This document shows positions 58,386-64,000 of a DNA stretch of 64,000 nucleotides, one piece after another; position 1 is the stretch's first letter; each line of letters starts with the position of its first letter. Below the pieces are notes generated by a model. The model was not told the origin of the DNA and ran no database searches. It saw only the letters and a list, made by a program, of their open reading frames with translations. The position numbers and the translations under genes are program-made. Origin of the DNA: Desulfosudaceae bacterium (GTDB taxonomy: Bacteria; Desulfobacterota; Desulfobacteria; Desulfobacterales; Desulfosudaceae); the NCBI GenBank assembly GCA_963674745.2, contig CAXXDV010000001.1:1120001-1184000 (forward strand). Reading direction: 5' to 3'.

Positions 58386-60032
58386 ATGATTCCACCTTCG
58401 ACGATGACATCAAAATCCGATGATGTTTTTTCTTTTATAAAATGCGACTCATCGTTTGAGTCTGTTTATACGGCTGTAGCCGGCATGCAGTTCTCGATCC
58501 ACCAGCAGTCACCCGAGAAACTGCTGGCCACGATCCGTTCGCTGGCCAGGGTTCTGGAAAAAGAACACCACGATAAGCAACGCCAATCCTATTTTCTGCA
58601 CAAAAAGACGGCCGACACATTAAAGGACATCATAACCGGAACCCATCAAACGGTTATTGCCGCTGATGCCGGCCGGGTTCTGGTCCAATGTCTCTCTAAA
58701 AGCGGATCTACCGCTCTACGGGCCGCAGCCGAAGCGCTGGGCGCGCTGCCTGTTTCGCTGCCCCCTCTGCCGGGACCGGCATCACCGGCTTTTTGCAACG
58801 ACGCTGTCGCGAAGGATATCACCTGGGCGGCATTACTGAACAAAACAGGCGAAAAAGCCACCGGAAAACCATACTGGAAAGGGCGGAACCTGATTGTGCC
58901 GCTGCTACGCTCCGGCCGGGTTCTGACGATCAAAACCGCCATGCAACCTGATGAACAAGCGATGCTTTATGCCGAGGGCGCATGGATGGAGCATCTTTCT
59001 AAAACCTGGCCCCTTCTCTGCGACCGGCCGGACATTTTTACCATTCCTAAGCCCTTAAGCATAAATGGTAATTATGTATTTAAACTAAACGGGTTTCCCG
59101 GCGCAGCATCGGGAACCTCAGCCTCTCGGTATGCCACCGGTTTTATTTCCCATCCGGATTACTTCCGCTATCCGAATGAGCATGAACCATCCCGACCTTT
59201 ATCAAACAGAAAAATTCTGTCCATGTTGAGCAACGGCGCTTTTATTCTCGGAAAACTGACCGCTTCCGGCATTATCCACACGGCGCCTATTCCGCTATTT
59301 CACAATCGTGTTCAGCGCCATCGAAGGGAAGACGGCGGCGTATATCAGTGGCCGCGGGGTGGGCGTCTTGACCGCTGGCTTGATTCCTGCCGTTATCCCA
59401 ACATCGGCAAAACCGGGCTGAGGGATTTTGAACATTTTATCGGTTTTAACGACAGCCCGAAAAAACTTTATGAATATATCGGCACCCATCTGCTTAGTCT
59501 GGTACTGATCGCCGGCAGCTGTTTTCGAAACCGGGACCTGTCCCGCGTCGGTTTTGGGCCGGACGGAAAACCTGTAGACACCAGAGACCTGTTTGATCCG
59601 ATTCTGCTCAGGGCGGCCCTCAACCGTGTTTTTTACGCTTATTACCAAGGATTTACGGGTAAACGGCTAGCCGGCAGACCACCGCTTGACATGGATCGTC
59701 TGACCGCCCGGCTCATCGAGGAAATGGGTGTGGACCGACACATGGAAGAAATTTTGCGCCTGACTGAACAGCAAAACATGACGGATCAGGCGTTCTTTGA
59801 TTTTCTGACGGACCGCGGGTTTCTTCCCGAAGAAATTGCCGGCATAAAAAAAGGAACGGCCGACATCACCATTATGACCGGCCCTCATCTGGGCGCCTTT
59901 AACAGCAGAATATCTTTACCGGAGCTGACCGAGTTTACGGCCGTTGCCTCTGCCGTCTGCATCTCGGACCGCTATTTTCAGCCCCCCCCTACCGTTTCCG
60001 GAAGCGGTTGCTTTTGCCGTGCAGATCGATAG
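58386..60032 (+). CDS. SidJ-related pseudokinase
   Basis: GIIHTAPIPLFHNR, GRLDRW..SCRYPN.G..GLRDFEH, EEMG.D, GPHLG.FN, recalled as motifs of the SidJ-related family. Confidence 0.7.
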   Translation: MIPPSTMTSKSDDVFSFIKCDSSFESVYTAVAGMQFSIHQQSPEKLLATIRSLARVLEKEHHDKQRQSYFLHKKTADTLKDIITGTHQTVIAADAGRVLVQCLSKSGSTALRAAAEALGALPVSLPPLPGPASPAFCNDAVAKDITWAALLNKTGEKATGKPYWKGRNLIVPLLRSGRVLTIKTAMQPDEQAMLYAEGAWMEHLSKTWPLLCDRPDIFTIPKPLSINGNYVFKLNGFPGAASGTSASRYATGFISHPDYFRYPNEHEPSRPLSNRKILSMLSNGAFILGKLTASGIIHTAPIPLFHNRVQRHRREDGGVYQWPRGGRLDRWLDSCRYPNIGKTGLRDFEHFIGFNDSPKKLYEYIGTHLLSLVLIAGSCFRNRDLSRVGFGPDGKPVDTRDLFDPILLRAALNRVFYAYYQGFTGKRLAGRPPLDMDRLTARLIEEMGVDRHMEEILRLTEQQNMTDQAFFDFLTDRGFLPEEIAGIKKGTADITIMTGPHLGAFNSRISLPELTEFTAVASAVCISDRYFQPPPTVSGSGCFCRADR

Positions 60033-60056
60033 AAGGCCGTTTTCGCCGAGAAGCCT

Positions 60057-61664
60057 CTATTTTCCGGCCCATTTACGATAGAGGGCATACTCGTGCTCAA
60101 AATTATCACTGAACAGCCCCTTGCCCAGGTTGGCGTCTATATCCTTCATGTCCCAGAAAGCCACGGTCTCGATCTCTTCCGGATTAAATCGCGGCCGGCC
60201 GTCAAAACAGCAGGTATAAGTAAACACCAGTTCGGACTCAAAATCATTGGCGTGGGTATAGTGATAGGCAAAGGCCGGGTCGACCGCTGTAATGCCCAGT
60301 TCTTCGGCCATTTCCCGGCGCATGGCGGTTTCAATGGTTTCACCGCAATCCACGTGCCCGCCGACCGATGTGTCCCATTTGCCCGGCGCCACCCGCTTGT
60401 TCATGCTTCTTTTCTGAAGCAGAATGCGGTCCCGGCTGTCGAGCACCATCACATGAACCACCCGGTGAAGCAGGTCGTTATTACCGTGAACTTCCCGCCG
60501 GGGGGCCGCGCCGCATGTTTTTCCACTGCTGTCGACCACTTCCAGCAGCTCGTAGTGACCGGCCAGAAAACAGCAGATATGTTCAGCCGCCACATCCGCG
60601 CCGTTCCTTTTTGGTGCCTCTTTAAACGGCAGGTTCAGCAATTGCGATAATTTTTCTATCCAGTTTCCGTTTTTATAGTCATCGGGCGGGATGGCTGCCC
60701 CCGGCATTTCCCGTCGTATGAATGCCTCCAGCGCCGGCCCCTCGGGAAAACCAGCCCGCCTGACATAACCAAAAGGAATACCGGCATGATAGACTTCGGC
60801 CAGGGTACTGTACCCGACTTTTCCCACAACCGCGTCGGCCGCATTTACCAGGTCCGGATGGTAATAGGCCGAATGATGCGGCAGCCGGATCACTTTTTCC
60901 TGACGTTTTCCTTTTAACGGCAAGTCAGAAAAAGCGCCCGGAACGACAAAACACACATTTTCATCAACCCGGTTTAAAGCATCCAGAAACGCCGGCGTAT
61001 CAGGAACACCGCCCATGGTAATCAGCACCATTTTCATATCTTCTCCAACGCCGAGACGATGGCGTATTTCAGATTTTTCTGTCATGGGCTTTCTGCTGAT
61101 GGGGGGCGTTGTCAGGCCGGCGGCCGGGCATGGTACACACCCCGGCATGGCCTGAATCCGTTGGTCGACAGCAGCGTATATTTCCCGCAGGTAACGGACA
61201 TGGCGCTCCAGCCGGCTGTCCTGTTCCAGGTATTTTTCATATATCCAGTCCCAGGTAAAATTTTCTATCAATACTGAGGGAAGACCGGCCTTGTCGGCTG
61301 CGGCAACCCCCCAGGGAGAAATATCACTGACGACCAGTCGGCACTTAAGCGCTTTCATCCGGTCGGCCAGAAGCACAATAGCCGTATCTGGTATTGGAAA
61401 GGCTTCATCCAGCCGGGCCACGCTGGCCTCCAGATCGACATCAAGGGCCGTGCGCTGGACCAGGCCGACATCAACCGTAACGCCATGGTAAGAAAATGGG
61501 GCCATGACGCTGTCTTTAAAAAACCACTCCGGAACCGTGGTGAACAACTCAACGTAAACAAACGGCCATCGTTCGAACACGGCATTGATTACCGCCGAAG
61601 CCCGGGCGGCATGGCCGAAACCGTGAGACGTAACAAAACAGGCGATCGATACGGTCGGTTTCAT
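60057..61664 (-). CDS. GT-B (arabinokinase N-terminal-like) domain fused to a NUDIX (IDI/YfcD-like) hydrolase
   Basis: SHGFGHAAR, NFTWDWIY, K.GYST..E; C-terminal HRVVH..LLQKRS..PGKWDTSVGGH..REMAEELG Nudix box. Confidence 0.8.
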   Translation of the reverse strand: MKPTVSIACFVTSHGFGHAARASAVINAVFERWPFVYVELFTTVPEWFFKDSVMAPFSYHGVTVDVGLVQRTALDVDLEASVARLDEAFPIPDTAIVLLADRMKALKCRLVVSDISPWGVAAADKAGLPSVLIENFTWDWIYEKYLEQDSRLERHVRYLREIYAAVDQRIQAMPGCVPCPAAGLTTPPISRKPMTEKSEIRHRLGVGEDMKMVLITMGGVPDTPAFLDALNRVDENVCFVVPGAFSDLPLKGKRQEKVIRLPHHSAYYHPDLVNAADAVVGKVGYSTLAEVYHAGIPFGYVRRAGFPEGPALEAFIRREMPGAAIPPDDYKNGNWIEKLSQLLNLPFKEAPKRNGADVAAEHICCFLAGHYELLEVVDSSGKTCGAAPRREVHGNNDLLHRVVHVMVLDSRDRILLQKRSMNKRVAPGKWDTSVGGHVDCGETIETAMRREMAEELGITAVDPAFAYHYTHANDFESELVFTYTCCFDGRPRFNPEEIETVAFWDMKDIDANLGKGLFSDNFEHEYALYRKWAGK

Positions 61665-61985
61665 TTTTTTGAGTCCTTTGTTTTTTTCATCTCCTTTTTA
61701 TATCACAAACACCGGTCAGCCAAAAACCAGGAAATGACCCCCTTTTTTTCTTCGTTCCAGGGGAGTCGTTTACGCTTGAAATGAATTGTCCGGCTTTATT
61801 TTAACCGCATCTTTTTTTGTTATCAAAAACTTCAGGTTTTCGCACAATTCGCTTGTGATAAACCAAAAAAATGGCAAAATGTAAAAAAAGGGGTAAGCAC
61901 CTTTCACATAGCGCAGGAACCATCAGGTCTTTTAATAACCTATTTTAATGCTGGCAGCCAAGCGCAGACGTTTAAGTGTTTTCTC

Positions 61986-62450
61986 ATGATTATTCACATC
62001 GGTGTTATATCTGATACACACGGTCTTCTCAGGCCGGAAGCGGTTAATTATTTAAAAGGAAGTGACGTCATTATTCATGCCGGAGATGTGGGTGGCCCGG
62101 CTGTGCTCGAAGCGCTCAACGCCATTGCGCCGACATACGCCGTCCGGGGTAACACCGATTCGGGCCCCTGGGCGCAACGGTTACCGGATAAAGATATGAT
62201 CGAAATAGCAAATAAATGGTTTTATATCCTGCATATGATTGAAGACCTGGATCTTGATCCTTCGGCAGCCGGTTGTGCCGCCGTAATTTACGGACATACC
62301 CATCGACCGGATCATTACCAAAAAGACGGTGTTCTGTTTTTTAATCCCGGCAGCGCCGGTCCTTTAAGATACAAAACCGCAGCTACACTGGGACGTCTTT
62401 TCATTCGAAACGGACATCTGGAAAGCGAGATATTTACCTTAATACAGTAG
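61986..62450 (+). CDS. YfcE-family metallophosphoesterase
   Basis: SDTHG, HAGD, RGNTD, GHTH, NPGS. Confidence 0.92.
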   Translation: MIIHIGVISDTHGLLRPEAVNYLKGSDVIIHAGDVGGPAVLEALNAIAPTYAVRGNTDSGPWAQRLPDKDMIEIANKWFYILHMIEDLDLDPSAAGCAAVIYGHTHRPDHYQKDGVLFFNPGSAGPLRYKTAATLGRLFIRNGHLESEIFTLIQ

Positions 62451-62485
62451 GTTGTCCTATAAACTGACCTTTTAGGAGGACGCTT

Positions 62486-63151
62486 ATGTTTAAAAAAGCC
62501 CTGCAGAAGCTCAAAGAACTGGCAGAAGAAGGGCGTGGCTCATTTGATCCTTCTGTTTTTAATGATCCCCTTGCCCTGCAGACGGACTGGTTCCCGGCTA
62601 AAGGTGGTGGTGCCAATTTTCGGACCCACAAACTGGTTCAAAGCAATCCGGATCGGCTGGAATTCAAAGCATCCTTCGGCATGAAACTTTTCAGTATGAT
62701 TTTTTTTCTGTCCGGCCTGGGCGTTATGATCGGTTTTTCAGCAGCAAACATTTCATCCGGTCAGCTTGCACTGAACATGGAAACCATTTTTCCGGTTCTG
62801 TTTGGCGCTATTTTTACCTGTGTTGGCGGTTGCATATTCTATTTTGGCACCCAACCGGTTGTTTTTGATCGGCAAAAAGGTTTTTTCTGGAAAGGCCGGA
62901 CCGCACCCCATGAAGTTCTAAGAAAAGACCGCCTTAAGAACTTTGCAAAATTAGACGAGATTCATGCCCTTCAACTCTTGTCTGAATATTGTCGGGGAAA
63001 CAAAAGCTCATACTACAGCTATGAAATCAACCTGGTGTTAAAAGACGGGCAACGCCTTAATGTAATTGATCATGGTAATCCAACAAAAATTCGGGAAGAT
63101 GCTCAAACCGTAGCCTCTTTTTTGGGCAAGCCGGTCTGGGATGCCATATAA
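62486..63151 (+). CDS. Hypothetical two-TM membrane protein
   Basis: RBS AGGAGG; two hydrophobic segments; GGANF motif. Confidence 0.75.
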   Translation: MFKKALQKLKELAEEGRGSFDPSVFNDPLALQTDWFPAKGGGANFRTHKLVQSNPDRLEFKASFGMKLFSMIFFLSGLGVMIGFSAANISSGQLALNMETIFPVLFGAIFTCVGGCIFYFGTQPVVFDRQKGFFWKGRTAPHEVLRKDRLKNFAKLDEIHALQLLSEYCRGNKSSYYSYEINLVLKDGQRLNVIDHGNPTKIREDAQTVASFLGKPVWDAI

Positions 63152-63208
63152 GCCTGATGGTTGTTTTAGGCGTGCTTTTTAAGGAAACCTTAACGGGGGA
63201 AAAGGACG

Positions 63209-63577
63209 ATGAAAAAACTGATTGTGCTGGTGGTGCTGGTGGTTGCCGGATATTTTGCTTATCAACACGTTTATCTGGCTCAACAGGAAACAGCCGCTGT
63301 AGAAGAGGAAGAATCGTCCTCTGTTGAAAGTGAATATTACGTTGCCGATCCTGATGCGCCTATACCTGAAGGTTGTCAAAGCCTGGCGACAAATCTTGAA
63401 AACGCAATTTATGGCCATGCGACCGGTCGAGCCTCTTTTAGCCAGCGCAACTCAGCCTATCGAAAATTCAAATCATGCCTCCGTGCTGAAGGTTTATCCG
63501 ACGTTCAAATTGACAGTACGGTCAAAAGGCTTGAAGACCGTGTTCAGGGTTATTTAAAACAGGACGGTGCGCTTTAG
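63209..63577 (+). CDS. Hypothetical membrane-anchored/exported protein
   Basis: MKKLIVLVVLVVAGY N-terminal anchor, two Cys; RBS AAGGA. Confidence 0.7.
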   Translation: MKKLIVLVVLVVAGYFAYQHVYLAQQETAAVEEEESSSVESEYYVADPDAPIPEGCQSLATNLENAIYGHATGRASFSQRNSAYRKFKSCLRAEGLSDVQIDSTVKRLEDRVQGYLKQDGAL

Positions 63578-63603
63578 CGCAGACCTTAACAAGAAGCCAA
63601 AAG

Positions 63604-63812
63604 ACAACATAAATGTTGTTTTCTTTATAAATAAACAATGTTTATGTTGTCTTTTTACCTCTTTTTGCTTTCAATAAAAAACGCCTCCTCCCGGGAAACC
63701 CAAATTTGATTTTTTCGTTTTTCGATCCAGTAGGGCGTTGTTTTATGGTCGGAAAAAATAAAACAACACATAAGTTGTTTTTATTGACAACAAACAACTT
63801 ATGTGTTGTAAT
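63604..63812 (+). promoter_or_regulatory. Sigma-70 promoter with four palindromic operators
   Basis: ACAAY-N6-GTTGT at 63604, 63635, 63763, 63794; TTGACA 63784-63789, 17-bp spacer, TGTAAT 63807-63812. Confidence 0.75.
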
Positions 63813-63854
63813 AAAAGCACAACCAATAATTATCCATTCAAAAGACAGAAAAAC

Positions 63855-64000
63855 ATGTCTGACAAAAAACAGATTCGAGAACAGCTGGATGCATCGCTCA
63901 AGCGCTTCAGCCCTCTGGCAGAAACCACCCCACCGCCCAAAGGGTGGGTCCGTGGAATTCGAAAGGCACTTGGAATGACAGCCAGACAGTTGGGCAACCG
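63855..64000 (+). CDS. Mobile mystery protein A (XRE-type HTH), 5' partial
   Basis: MSDKKQIREQLDASLKRFSPLAETTPPPKGWVRGIRKALGMTARQLG: P.GW.R.IR.ALGM motif. Confidence 0.8.
   Translation, partial: MSDKKQIREQLDASLKRFSPLAETTPPPKGWVRGIRKALGMTARQLGN

Overview
Chromosomal window from a deltaproteobacterium, most likely a Desulfobacterales-type anaerobe. This is inferred from gene content: iorAB, selB, an HdrD-like Fe-S protein, a sigma-54 regulator and a SidJ-related pseudokinase. Most of it is housekeeping and signalling genes (iorAB, floA/nfeD, priA, gltA, alr, argJ, gap, selB, fadD, amrS, parAB). No rRNA, tRNA, CRISPR array or transposase was seen. Highlights: (1) a compositionally foreign gene for a multidomain DisA_N-type diadenylate-cyclase-like protein (50704-52515), bracketed by inverted arrays of 8-nt-periodic repeats, with short related octamer stubs elsewhere in the window; (2) two genes split by the ORF track at an in-frame TGA that falls on a conserved Cys position and is followed by a hairpin, so probable selenoproteins (DUF1573-type U-G-C protein; HdrD/GlpC-like oxidoreductase next to selB); (3) a three-pilin plus PilC cassette with an aromatic-rich pilin; (4) a 1405-aa PPDK-like protein lacking the pyruvate-binding domain; (5) small non-coding elements: a REP doublet, a MITE with a 4-bp target duplication, a long nested hairpin element, and a four-operator promoter in front of mobile mystery protein A. 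All family assignments come from motif recognition by eye, not database searches.
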